Under the pieces are notes generated by a model. That model searched no databases, had not been told where the DNA came from, and saw nothing but the letters and a program-made list of their open reading frames with translations. Below, piece by piece: positions 38,374-47,965 of a DNA stretch of 64,000 bases. The first letter of the stretch is position 1; each line of letters starts with the position of its first letter. A program made the translations under genes and the position numbers. This DNA comes from an uncultured Rhabdochlamydiaceae bacterium (GTDB lineage Bacteria; Chlamydiota; Chlamydiia; Chlamydiales; Rhabdochlamydiaceae). The stretch lies in the NCBI GenBank assembly GCA_963712275.1, contig CAVQHD010000001.1, positions 1,216,001 through 1,280,000 on the forward strand, written 5' to 3'.

Positions 38374-39522
38374 CTATGAAAAAACTCGTAAGCGTTCAAT
38401 GAATGACGATTTAGGAGAATGTCTTTCTCTTAAATTCTTAAGCTTTAATTGAAAATCGGAAGTCTCAGTACGAGCAGCTAAATCGCGTAAATCAGTTAGC
38501 AGTTCGACCGCTTTGTCATAACTTTTTGCTTTCTTTTCAGAGGCGAGAGATTCTATCTGTGCCCATAGGGTAGGTTCCTGGCCCCTAATTTCATTTAACC
38601 TTTTCTCTCGAGCTATTTTTTGCAATCTTTGCTTTTCTGCTAATTCTGCGGCTTTTCTCTCAGCTTCAAGGTGTTTTCTATTTTGCCTTACGAGTTCCGC
38701 TTGCTTGAGGAGTTGTTCGACTGTGCGTGGTTTAAGGCTCTCTTTTTTGTTCTCTCGCAGTGATCGCCATAGTTTAGTAAAGCGGCTCACTTGTTGAAGA
38801 GCTGCAGTTTGATCTCTCTGCATGCTGCCTGACAAAACATTGGCTAATAGATCATCCTTTTCGTTTATTGGAAGCGTTGCAATCCAAGTGCGTAGATCTG
38901 CACTACTGGGGGCAATATCTTCTAATGAAGGGCTATTGATAGCTGCTGCATTAATGAGATCGGAATCGATTCGTAAGAAATCGGCAAGATTAGCGAGAGT
39001 AGGGCTTAAATTTTGCAAGCCTGGGGGTACAGGAGGTTCGAGTGCTTCTTCATCATACTCATCGCTTTGTAAACCAGATACCCAACCTAGATACAAACAG
39101 CGTAAATCGCCACGGCCTAAGTCTGTGCGTAAGCTTAAAAAGGGAGCAAGATGTAGATCTTCTTCCCAGTCACCGCCATCTTCGCTTTCAGAGAGAAAAT
39201 CTAATATAACCTTATCGCCGCTAAGACGGGCTGAAAAATTGTCGCCATTGGAGTAATCCTGCGCAGTTTGGAAGTCTAAAAGAACGGAGGGGAGTCGCAG
39301 TTTTAAGATGTGAGTGCCCCAATTGGCGTAATAAAGGAATCCATCGAAATATTTTTCCATCCAACGATCTTCATCTCCCTTGAAACTTCCCCAGGAATAA
39401 TCATTGGTAAAACTATGCGGCGTGATCTCAGCGCGTGTTGAAAAAGAGCGGAGTTCGTTCATTTCTTTATCAAACAACTGCCGATCCACGGCTTGAAATT
39501 CGTAGTACTGGTACTCGCTCAT
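38374..39522 (-). CDS. Conserved hypothetical protein (MSEYQYYEF family) with a coiled-coil C-terminus
   Basis: 382 aa; YQYYEF, STRA.IT, YYANWG, GDLR.LYLGW. Confidence 0.8.
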   Translation of the reverse strand: MSEYQYYEFQAVDRQLFDKEMNELRSFSTRAEITPHSFTNDYSWGSFKGDEDRWMEKYFDGFLYYANWGTHILKLRLPSVLLDFQTAQDYSNGDNFSARLSGDKVILDFLSESEDGGDWEEDLHLAPFLSLRTDLGRGDLRCLYLGWVSGLQSDEYDEEALEPPVPPGLQNLSPTLANLADFLRIDSDLINAAAINSPSLEDIAPSSADLRTWIATLPINEKDDLLANVLSGSMQRDQTAALQQVSRFTKLWRSLRENKKESLKPRTVEQLLKQAELVRQNRKHLEAERKAAELAEKQRLQKIAREKRLNEIRGQEPTLWAQIESLASEKKAKSYDKAVELLTDLRDLAARTETSDFQLKLKNLRERHSPKSSFIERLRVFS

Positions 39523-39573
39523 ATGGACCTCTTCTATTGGGGGAAAATTATAAGGAAAGCTCTTATTTTTGAT

Positions 39574-42405
39574 CTATTGCAAACGAAGGTCTGTTGTCGT
39601 CTTCTTCTCCTGGCATCTGCTTAGGATGCGAAGAATAGAATCCAAGACCTCATCAAGACGTTTACCTACATCTTCAGCTAAAAATCGCAGAACCGTGTAG
39701 CCATTTTCTTGTAATAAAGCATCTTTCCGCCGGTCTCGGCGATATGCATCAGCATCACCAAAATGCTGGGCTCCATCGAGTTCAATTGCAAGGTGTGCTT
39801 CAGAGCAGAGCAAATCTACCTCCATTCGACCCCAGCCATCGAATGGAATATCAAGTTCTGTATTCAGCTGGAATCGTCCAGCCGTCTGAGGTAGCGTTTC
39901 AAGACGACGGAATAGGAAGCTTTCTGTTGCGCTTCGAGCACGATTCGCTCCCTCTGCTTCCGGAGGGAGAATCGAAGCGACTTGAACAAACAGATGCGCA
40001 AGAGGCATGTCTACCCCATCACGGATGAGCCGTCTGACGCTACCCGCATAGTCTGCTTTCCAAGCTGGATCAACGGGAAGCGGAATTTGAGCCGGCCACC
40101 CAGGAATGGCACTAGCGGGGAGTAGGATCTTATATCCCACAGCTTCATAACCTTGGCAGCGCCGGTTGAACATTCTCTCTAACATCGGCACACCAAGATC
40201 AGCATAGTCATATACCTGCGCTTCTTTTTTATGCGCATATAGACGATGCAGCCTACCAACATACTGAGCGATAGTTCCTTTCCATGAAATGGGCATGGTA
40301 AGAAATAAAGTGTCCAGGCGGGCATCATCAAAGCCCTCACCGACAAATTTGCCAGTTGCAAGCAGAACTCTAGGCTCATTTGCAGGAATGGCGGCTATTC
40401 GGCTGGTCACTTGAGCGATTTCCTTTGAACTCATTCCGCCGCGAAGCACAACTAGATGGTGAATATGTGGAGAAAGCCGTTCGAACAGGCAATCGAGATG
40501 TTCATTTCGTTCAGTCAGCACTAGAGGTGACCTATCGCTTTGAACTGCATAAATGACTTCATTGCAAATTAGCTGGTTGCGATCTTCGTCTCGGATGAGC
40601 TCATCATATAGATCATTAAATTGAAGGCGAGTATCTTCATTTGCCGGCTTGATAGGAGAAAATGCGGTTGGCCTGACAAATACGGTGTGCTCAAATGGGC
40701 GCAACTCAGCTGCAGCCTTGGCGTCTACTCGGTAGCGCACAGGGCCGCATCTCATAAGGATGATCGGATGATGGCCATCTTTTCGTGTCAGAGTGGCTGT
40801 GAGTCCTGTAAGATATTTGGGTTTAGATTGACGGGCCACTTGCTCAAAACTGAAAGCTGGTAAGTGATGGCACTCATCGACAATTAAATGGCCATATTGA
40901 GAGACAATATCATCAACGACTCCCTTACGTACAAGGCTTTGAATTACTGCTACATCAATCAGTCCTGTAGGCTTTCTCTTTCCTCCACCAATACGACCTA
41001 TGGCATTTTTCGGCAGCTCAAGGAATGAGGAAAGTCTTTCAATCCATTGTTCTTGCAATTGCGTTCGATGCACAAGGATCAGGGTATTTACCTTCCTTTT
41101 GGAGATGAGCCATGCGCCAATAACGGTTTTGCCAAATGCAGTCGTTGCTGACAGAACGCCAAAGTTTGTTTTAAGCATTGCAGCAGCAGCAGCCTTTTGC
41201 TCAGGACGTAATTCGCCCAGGAATTTTGCCGTAACAGAAGTCCCTGCTTGCAGTTCATCTCGAATAACTGACTTGATTTTCAGATCAGAGAGTAGGAGAC
41301 AAATATCCTCAAGACAACCTCGTGGCAGTCCTATATGATCAGAGTGATCTGCAACACATGAAATCATTCTTGGTTTTTCATGAGTTGGGAGTCTCATTGC
41401 TTGAGCTTTGTAAAATTCGGGATTAGGAAATGCTGCAAGGCGCATCAACCGATTTCTTAACCACGGAGATAGCCCATTTTTGGGGATATAGATCTCATTT
41501 CCAACGACGATTTCCAAACTTTCTGGCAGGTCAATACTGGCAGGGACTGTTTTGTTGTGAATAAATGGCCTATTCCATGGAGTAATGTCGTCTTCCTCGC
41601 TCATCCTGAGATGCATTCCAACGATGCGGCCCTTCCTTTCAGCAAGCGAGACAATCGTTTCGGCTTCCTGACGAGAAATCTTTCGTAATCCCGACAGGAA
41701 TGCCCATTGATCCTCATAGGCAATTAAATCCCCATTTACGAATACGCTATTTCCAAGATCTCGAGCTTTTTTCTGCAAAGGGAGTGCGATGAGATTCCCA
41801 AATCCACCTTGAGGCAGTGTATCCTGATTCGGAAAGAATCGATCATAAGAATCTAGCCCGACATCTGGCCGATGCTCCATTGTTTCAGTGAGAATATGGC
41901 AGCCTAGTTTTCGCGCGAGTATTGCTGGAATTGCTTCAGTAAAAAAGAGCCAGACGTGTGCGCCTTTGCCCGATCGAGAACGTTCCAATGCTGCGGGTAA
42001 ATTCAACTGATGACAGGTTTTGAGAAAAGCACGTGCATCCTCTTCCCAGCTGGATTTATCGAAATCAGCCGCCAGGAAGAAACAAGTTTCGTCCAACAAC
42101 ATTGGATAAAGGCCCATGACAAAGTCTTTTCCAAAGTCATCTTGACCGGAAAGATGCCATCGAACTACATCGTCTGCTACAGGAAGAAATCGCCTGTATC
42201 TGCATTCAGAACATTTGATTTTTGGTTTTTCGCAAATTCCTCGTACCCATTCGTTACCACACGCGGGTGAATAGCCTGATTTCCCCGTCTTCTTACTTTC
42301 AAATCGCCGAGGGTATAGATCTTCACGGCCTCGGAAAAGGGACCGGAATAGGGCGATTTTGGTACAGGAGGATGATTTTTGGGTAAGCTGGAGTTTCCCT
42401 TCCAT
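39574..42405 (-). CDS. Archaeo-eukaryotic primase-like domain (TOTE-type) + SF2 helicase + DUF559 endonuclease fusion
   Basis: LFRGRED, FLAADFD, ERSRSGKGAHVW, GNLIALPLQ; TAFGKT, DECHH, TAT, QYVGR; EVDLL...IELDG..H...RDRRKD. Confidence 0.9.
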   Translation of the reverse strand: MEGKLQLTQKSSSCTKIALFRSLFRGREDLYPRRFESKKTGKSGYSPACGNEWVRGICEKPKIKCSECRYRRFLPVADDVVRWHLSGQDDFGKDFVMGLYPMLLDETCFFLAADFDKSSWEEDARAFLKTCHQLNLPAALERSRSGKGAHVWLFFTEAIPAILARKLGCHILTETMEHRPDVGLDSYDRFFPNQDTLPQGGFGNLIALPLQKKARDLGNSVFVNGDLIAYEDQWAFLSGLRKISRQEAETIVSLAERKGRIVGMHLRMSEEDDITPWNRPFIHNKTVPASIDLPESLEIVVGNEIYIPKNGLSPWLRNRLMRLAAFPNPEFYKAQAMRLPTHEKPRMISCVADHSDHIGLPRGCLEDICLLLSDLKIKSVIRDELQAGTSVTAKFLGELRPEQKAAAAAMLKTNFGVLSATTAFGKTVIGAWLISKRKVNTLILVHRTQLQEQWIERLSSFLELPKNAIGRIGGGKRKPTGLIDVAVIQSLVRKGVVDDIVSQYGHLIVDECHHLPAFSFEQVARQSKPKYLTGLTATLTRKDGHHPIILMRCGPVRYRVDAKAAAELRPFEHTVFVRPTAFSPIKPANEDTRLQFNDLYDELIRDEDRNQLICNEVIYAVQSDRSPLVLTERNEHLDCLFERLSPHIHHLVVLRGGMSSKEIAQVTSRIAAIPANEPRVLLATGKFVGEGFDDARLDTLFLTMPISWKGTIAQYVGRLHRLYAHKKEAQVYDYADLGVPMLERMFNRRCQGYEAVGYKILLPASAIPGWPAQIPLPVDPAWKADYAGSVRRLIRDGVDMPLAHLFVQVASILPPEAEGANRARSATESFLFRRLETLPQTAGRFQLNTELDIPFDGWGRMEVDLLCSEAHLAIELDGAQHFGDADAYRRDRRKDALLQENGYTVLRFLAEDVGKRLDEVLDSILRILSRCQEKKTTTDLRLQ

Positions 42406-42453
42406 TTAAATGGCCAATAATTTCAAGGGGAGTATAGAGGGTTTTGCCTGTCT

Positions 42454-43287
42454 TTACAACTCCTTAAAAAGAAATTCCCTGCATTCTTCAAACAAGCTTT
42501 TAGGGACTATTATCTTGGAGTACATTTTTTTGCCCATAGAGGCTTCGATGATAGACAGGGAGCTATCGAGCGAATAGCGAGAATCTATGTGAACGACGTA
42601 GAAGGCTTGTTGCCTTTTTGGCTTCATATCGTTTTTGTCGTTTAGTTGGTGCAATGGAGAAATAATGCAGGGTCGTTTGAACCCCCTATTCTCGGTATCG
42701 GAGAGTTTGTAAGACAAAAGGATTTCCCCAAAAGTAGTATAAATTTCAAAAGCTTGGTAATTAACAATATAAATAGCAGCGTCGGTCGAACGAGCATCCA
42801 GGAGTTTTGGCTGTATACCCTCAGTTGTATAGTCGATCTCAAAATTTGCAAAGAAAAAGGCTATTAATGCATCAAATGTAAAATCAATTATTGGAGAACC
42901 AGGAAGATTAATCTCTTTAATGCCATGAATTTTAGATTTTAAGAAATTTTGTTGGTGGTGCCGAGTTACTTCAAAATATCGGCACCCCTGTCCATTTAGT
43001 TTCCGAATCACTTCCTCGGATGGTTTCATTGATAAAAAGTAGTTTAAGAAGGACATAAGAGCTATTCCGTAAGATTTAACCTCTTCCCTAGTTAAAGGGT
43101 TACGGATCACTTCCAGGGTTTCCTTTGTAAAACCTCTTGAAAAAGAGGAGTTGATTTCCCAGGCTGCATTCCTTTGACCTCGATACATTAACTTGGGCCC
43201 GTGTTCTCTTTTTGCATCCTGAATGGCTTTAATCAGATCTTCTAGATTGGAGGGAGTCACCAAGTGGATGTCATTTGGATTCTGCAT
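42454..43287 (-). CDS. FRG-domain protein
   Basis: YRGQ...W....S..R, SPIIDFT.D.LIA.FFA, QQA.Y; AT-rich. Confidence 0.8.
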   Translation of the reverse strand: MQNPNDIHLVTPSNLEDLIKAIQDAKREHGPKLMYRGQRNAAWEINSSFSRGFTKETLEVIRNPLTREEVKSYGIALMSFLNYFLSMKPSEEVIRKLNGQGCRYFEVTRHHQQNFLKSKIHGIKEINLPGSPIIDFTFDALIAFFFANFEIDYTTEGIQPKLLDARSTDAAIYIVNYQAFEIYTTFGEILLSYKLSDTENRGFKRPCIISPLHQLNDKNDMKPKRQQAFYVVHIDSRYSLDSSLSIIEASMGKKMYSKIIVPKSLFEECREFLFKEL

Positions 43288-43412
43288 GATTTATGTCCTT
43301 TTCGACAGAAAGATATCTCTTATCCTAAGAATGTTAAGGTATAGGTTGACTACTAATTTCTTAAATGATAATAATGCATACAGAATCAAATAAGTGCAAA
43401 CATTTCTATCAT

Positions 43413-44021
43413 ATGAAGTCAAAAAAAGTTGATCCCATAGAGGTTTTTCGGCAGCACAATGGTATCCTACGTACCGCTGAAGCTATAAAATTAGGGATAC
43501 ACCCTACCTATTTGTACAGGCTTCGCGATGCAGGAATTCTTGAATCATTAGGCCGAGGTGTTTTTCGACTGGCTTCTATGCCTGATTTTTCAGAACCCGA
43601 TTTGGTCTTGGCTACAAAAAGAATTCCTCAGGGGGTTATCTGCCTAATCTCTGCATTATCCTACTATGAATTAACAACTCAAATCCCTCATTTTGTCTAT
43701 ATAGCCCTGCCTAGAACTTCCAGACTACCTCAAGCCGGCTATCCTCCCTTACGTTGTTTTTGGTATTCTAAGGGCGCTTATGAGGCGGGCATTGAAACAA
43801 TCTCAGTGAATGGATTTCCTGTTAAAATCTATAGCATCGAAAAAACTTTAGCCGACTGTCTAAAATTTCGGCAAAAAATTGGAATGGATGTCGTTCTAGA
43901 AGCATTAAAAGAGTATTGGAGAAAAGGTCGAACAAACCTTGACAAGCTCTACGATTATGCAAAGATATGTCGTGTTGAAAAAATTCTTCAACCCATCATT
44001 GAAACAATTGTGAGTCAATAG
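43413..44021 (+). CDS. abiEi: Type IV TA AbiEi-family antitoxin
   Basis: N-terminal wHTH (GRGVFRL), ICLISALSYYELTTQIP, EKTLAD; ATG 43413 preferred over 43365. Confidence 0.88.
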   Translation: MKSKKVDPIEVFRQHNGILRTAEAIKLGIHPTYLYRLRDAGILESLGRGVFRLASMPDFSEPDLVLATKRIPQGVICLISALSYYELTTQIPHFVYIALPRTSRLPQAGYPPLRCFWYSKGAYEAGIETISVNGFPVKIYSIEKTLADCLKFRQKIGMDVVLEALKEYWRKGRTNLDKLYDYAKICRVEKILQPIIETIVSQ

Positions 44022-44023
44022 CC

Positions 44024-44902
44024 ATGAATATTGAAAAGAAAAATCTACCTGAGTCTGTTTGCAGCAGATTAAAAAACATTGCTTTAGCAAAAAATCGCCC
44101 CACGCAGGAAGTTCTTAGATATTATGCGATGGAGAGATTTTTATATCGTCTGAGTGTTTCCCAGCATAAAAGATCTTTCTTTTTGAAAGGAGGTCTAATG
44201 TTAATGGTTTGGGATCCTGCGACACACCGTGCAACTGTTGATATAGACCTGCTCGCAAAAGCTAGCAACTCTATTGAAAATATTTCACGAATTCTCAAAG
44301 AAATTTGCTCTCATCCTGTTCTAAAAGACGGTATCGAATTCAATTCTACAGAGCTCATTCTTGCCGAATCCCAAGTTGAAACAGAATACACTGGCCTGTC
44401 AGCCCGTTTTTCAGCACATTTGCATACTGCTAAACTACCGTTGAGAATCGATATCGGGTTCAGCGACAAGATTTTCCCTAAGCCAGCCACTGTGGATTAC
44501 CCTGCATTATTAGATTTTCCTTCCCCTGAGCTTCAAGGATATACACCGGAGACAATGATTGCCGAAAAATTAGATGCAATGGTGAAACTTGGCCTTGCAA
44601 ATAGCAGGATGAAGGATTTTTATGACATATGGACAATTGTCAATCAGTTTCAGATCAAACCAGAGAAGATAGCTCCTGTGATTAAGGATGTCTTTCAAAA
44701 TAGGAAAACTGTTGTGCGGGAAATCCCAAAGGCATTTTCTGAAGCTTTCTATAATATGCCAAAAACATTGGAACGATGGGATGCCTTTCTTAAAGGGATT
44801 GGACATGATCCGGTGCCCCTTGAAAAAGTGATATTCGAAATTAGGGATTTTTTCCTCCCAATTTTGTCTGAAAATAATAGCCAATTCGTAGGAATCGGCT
44901 AA
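44024..44902 (+). CDS. abiEii: Type IV TA AbiEii nucleotidyltransferase toxin
   Basis: ERFLYRLS, LKGG, RATVDIDL, AEKL, RMKDFYD. Confidence 0.92.
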   Translation: MNIEKKNLPESVCSRLKNIALAKNRPTQEVLRYYAMERFLYRLSVSQHKRSFFLKGGLMLMVWDPATHRATVDIDLLAKASNSIENISRILKEICSHPVLKDGIEFNSTELILAESQVETEYTGLSARFSAHLHTAKLPLRIDIGFSDKIFPKPATVDYPALLDFPSPELQGYTPETMIAEKLDAMVKLGLANSRMKDFYDIWTIVNQFQIKPEKIAPVIKDVFQNRKTVVREIPKAFSEAFYNMPKTLERWDAFLKGIGHDPVPLEKVIFEIRDFFLPILSENNSQFVGIG

Positions 44903-44920
44903 TGATTGCTGGAGCTAGAA

Positions 44921-45448
44921 ATGAATAGATGGTTCATATCCGATACTCACTTCTCTCATGCCAATATCATCGGCTATACTGGACGTCCTTTTCAATCCGT
45001 CAGCGAAATGAATGAGAAACTTATTGCGAATTGGAATGCTCTTGTTGAGCCGCAGGATGTAGTCTTCTTCCTGGGTGATTTCGGTTTAGGTACGACTCAC
45101 TTTCTTACCAGTCTTTGCGCACGTCTTCATGGAAATAAGGTTTGCATCCGAGGCAACCATGATGGAACTCCCGCTAAAATGCATACGATTGGATTTACGC
45201 TTGTTCTAGAGTCAGCTTTCATCAAGATCGGCCGCCACCAAATCGAGCTTGTTCACATCCCTAGTCAACCCGCGCCCTCTCATTTTCAACTTCATGGCCA
45301 TGTTCATGAAAAACGACCCAACAAGCTCGTTGATCGACAACTCAATCTTTCCGTCGAAGTCTGGGATTACAAGCCTGTTCCTGAAAAGACGATCGTTGCT
45401 CTGCTGGATCGTGCAGATCCTCTTTTACAGAATGTCACGGCTCTCTGA
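44921..45448 (+). CDS. Calcineurin-like metallophosphoesterase
   Basis: SDTHF.H, LGD, GNHD, HGHVH. Confidence 0.9.
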   Translation: MNRWFISDTHFSHANIIGYTGRPFQSVSEMNEKLIANWNALVEPQDVVFFLGDFGLGTTHFLTSLCARLHGNKVCIRGNHDGTPAKMHTIGFTLVLESAFIKIGRHQIELVHIPSQPAPSHFQLHGHVHEKRPNKLVDRQLNLSVEVWDYKPVPEKTIVALLDRADPLLQNVTAL

Positions 45449-45701
45449 TCCTTTTGTTGCCTTTTAGATGTTCACTGGTTGTGACTGTTCAATAAATAAT
45501 GAACAGCTGAATCCGGTGAACAGATAAGAAGTTAGTGTTCTTGAAAATCAATGACTTAAGTTCGTTGATGCAATGTGCCACATCTATTCAACAAGCGTGA
45601 TCTTTTAAATTTTCTCCACTGACGCCATTTTTCGTTCCAACAGTTTGCGATAAAATTCAAACAATTACAACTAAACTCGTGCTATAACAATAGGAGCAAA
45701 C

Positions 45702-46838
45702 ATGGAACAGAGAGAAAGCTTGTATAGAGCTGATAATGACCTGAAAGGAATTACGATGCGGACGCATAAGCATTGCCAGTCTTATCGGGTGCGCATTCGG
45801 ATGAAGGGCGGGCAGTATTTTGACAGGTCCTTCAAATCGAAGACACTGGCTAAAAAATGGAAGAGGGATATGGAATCAGCCATTGAACACGACAGGTACG
45901 AATTTACCAACCCTGCAACGAAGCACACTCTTGCAGAATTAATCGATCTGTACATAGAAAGGGTTCTTCCTTCCAAACCAAAGAATGCAAAAAATACTCT
46001 TCGACATTTGCTTTGGTGGAAGCAAGAGCTTGGGCATCTCTTGTTGGTTCAGATAAGACCGAGCCTGATCGCTGAAAAGCGGGATGAATTGCTTGCAGGT
46101 TTTGTCAGGGATAGCAAGCTGCGCTCTCCCTCTACTGTTGTGCGCTATTTGAGCAGCCTCTCGCATGTCTTTTCAAAGGCTGTCAAAGAGTGGGAATGGC
46201 TGAGAGAAAACCCCGTCTTCAAGATTGAAAAGCCCAAGCAAGCACAGGGACGCAAGCGGGTTTTAGATGAAGTAGAGCAAAAGAGGCTTCTACAGGCATG
46301 CGAAGAGAGTGGTTCAAAGGACTTGTTTTTGGTTGTCGCTCTTGCACTTGGTACAGGAATGCGCAAAGGAGAAATTATGAGCCTTCGATGGAAGGACATC
46401 AACTTTAGCGATGAGAAGGCGATTATCTTCTTGGAGAAGACCAAAAATAGCAGGCCGCGATCGATTCTTATCACAGGACTGTTATTAAACCTTTTACAGA
46501 ATCGCCAAGCAAATCAGCGAGGGGATAGTCTTCTCTTTCCTTCCCCCCATTGTCCAAGTCGACCTATTGATATTAGATCCGCTTGGGAAAAGGCTTTGGA
46601 TAAGGCTGGTATAGAGGGATTTGTTTTTCATGGGTTGCGCCATCAGGCTGCTTCCTGTGCAGCCACCATTGAAAATAACCCGCTGGTCATCGGAGAACTG
46701 CTTGGCCATGAAACTCTTCAAATGACAAGGCACTATGTTCATCTTCCTAGCGTGCACATGCATGCAATGGTGGAGGCTCTTCAAACCAAAGTTTTTCAGA
46801 ATTATCGGGAGGTCAAAAATGAGCAACCCAGAAAGTAA
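45702..46838 (+). CDS. Tyrosine recombinase/integrase (internal copy)
   Basis: TGMRKGE, KTKN, HGLRH, LLGH, MTRHY catalytic set. Confidence 0.93.
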   Translation: MEQRESLYRADNDLKGITMRTHKHCQSYRVRIRMKGGQYFDRSFKSKTLAKKWKRDMESAIEHDRYEFTNPATKHTLAELIDLYIERVLPSKPKNAKNTLRHLLWWKQELGHLLLVQIRPSLIAEKRDELLAGFVRDSKLRSPSTVVRYLSSLSHVFSKAVKEWEWLRENPVFKIEKPKQAQGRKRVLDEVEQKRLLQACEESGSKDLFLVVALALGTGMRKGEIMSLRWKDINFSDEKAIIFLEKTKNSRPRSILITGLLLNLLQNRQANQRGDSLLFPSPHCPSRPIDIRSAWEKALDKAGIEGFVFHGLRHQAASCAATIENNPLVIGELLGHETLQMTRHYVHLPSVHMHAMVEALQTKVFQNYREVKNEQPRK

Positions 46839-47547
46839 ACTACTCCCGACTCGAGAGTTTTGGAGATCTGAGCTTTTGACTGAAGAAGAGATCTATAAGA
46901 GTTTGAAAGATGATTATTGGACCGCCAGGACAGCAGCCTACTACATTTTGGGTCTAAAAGCTCCTGATTTAGAAAGCCTTCAAGAGGAAAAGAAACTCTG
47001 CCCTGACTTCGAAAGGTATCATGACCTCTTCGAGGAATGCTTTAAAAAGGGGAAAATAACAGTTCACTCCCACTGCTTGGAATATGGAAAAACAGTTTGC
47101 ACAGCCCTTCCGGTTGACTGGCTGAAGCTCGTTCATAAAGGTAGGCTGAAGGATGATGCGATTGAAGATAGGGACGTTAAAAGGGCTGGGCTTTATGTGG
47201 CTCCAGCACTTACCGCAGCATGGCTTCTAATAGAAGGTAAAGCCGTTTTTTCAAAGAGACGGCCTGCTCAAGAACGAGAAGACATGCTTTTTGCTTGGAG
47301 TGCAGCAAGAAAGCTGAGAAAGAATTTTTCAAATCTTTCAACTCGTCAGATGGCGCAAATCATCTACAAGCACTGTTCTAAGCTTCAGAAATACCCCTTC
47401 AAGACAGTGTATGGCTGGGTAATCGACTCAGCGACACCCATGAATGAAGTTCCTCAGCAGCAGAGGCGGGATAGAAATGGCCGTCCCAAAAAAGACAGCT
47501 ATACAAAGCTCGTTTTCGACTTTACTTCGTATTTCGACGATCTCTAA
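46819..47547 (+). CDS. Hypothetical protein with a possible C-terminal HTH
   Basis: GGAGG ribosome-binding site before ATG 46819, overlapping the integrase end; STRQMAQ...FKTVYGW. Confidence 0.65.
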   Translation: MSNPESKLLPTREFWRSELLTEEEIYKSLKDDYWTARTAAYYILGLKAPDLESLQEEKKLCPDFERYHDLFEECFKKGKITVHSHCLEYGKTVCTALPVDWLKLVHKGRLKDDAIEDRDVKRAGLYVAPALTAAWLLIEGKAVFSKRRPAQEREDMLFAWSAARKLRKNFSNLSTRQMAQIIYKHCSKLQKYPFKTVYGWVIDSATPMNEVPQQQRRDRNGRPKKDSYTKLVFDFTSYFDDL

Positions 47548-47662
47548 TCCACTCATACTCAATGAATTTTGGATGTTTTCCACCGAAGACATTTTTTAAC
47601 CACGGCAAGTTGCCATAAAATGCGGTTATTTAATTCAAACTGCAATAGCAGAGGAGTATGAG

Positions 47663-47965
47663 ATGAGAAACGACAGACAAGATTCGAAAAAAAGCGTTGA
47701 GGGAATAGCGGAGGACTCAAAGCAGACACGATTCATCCCTGTGTCGAAATGGAATGAGTTTCATGAATGGCCTCCAGTCGGTGGAATGCGCCATTTGATC
47801 TTTTTTCGAAACGAAAATGGATTTGCCAAAGTGTTAAAGCGTCCTAATCGCACCTGGCTCATTGATGAGAAGGCTTTTTTTAAGTGGGTGTCGGAGAAAA
47901 AGTACAGACCCCGCAAAAAGGAGACCGAAGTCCAGGAAAACGCTAAAATCGCAGTACAGCCATGA
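47663..47965 (+). CDS. Small basic DNA-binding protein, excisionase-like
   Basis: 100 aa; WP..GG.RHLIF...NGF...R..LIDE.AF..W; GAGGAG ribosome-binding site. Confidence 0.65.
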   Translation: MRNDRQDSKKSVEGIAEDSKQTRFIPVSKWNEFHEWPPVGGMRHLIFFRNENGFAKVLKRPNRTWLIDEKAFFKWVSEKKYRPRKKETEVQENAKIAVQP

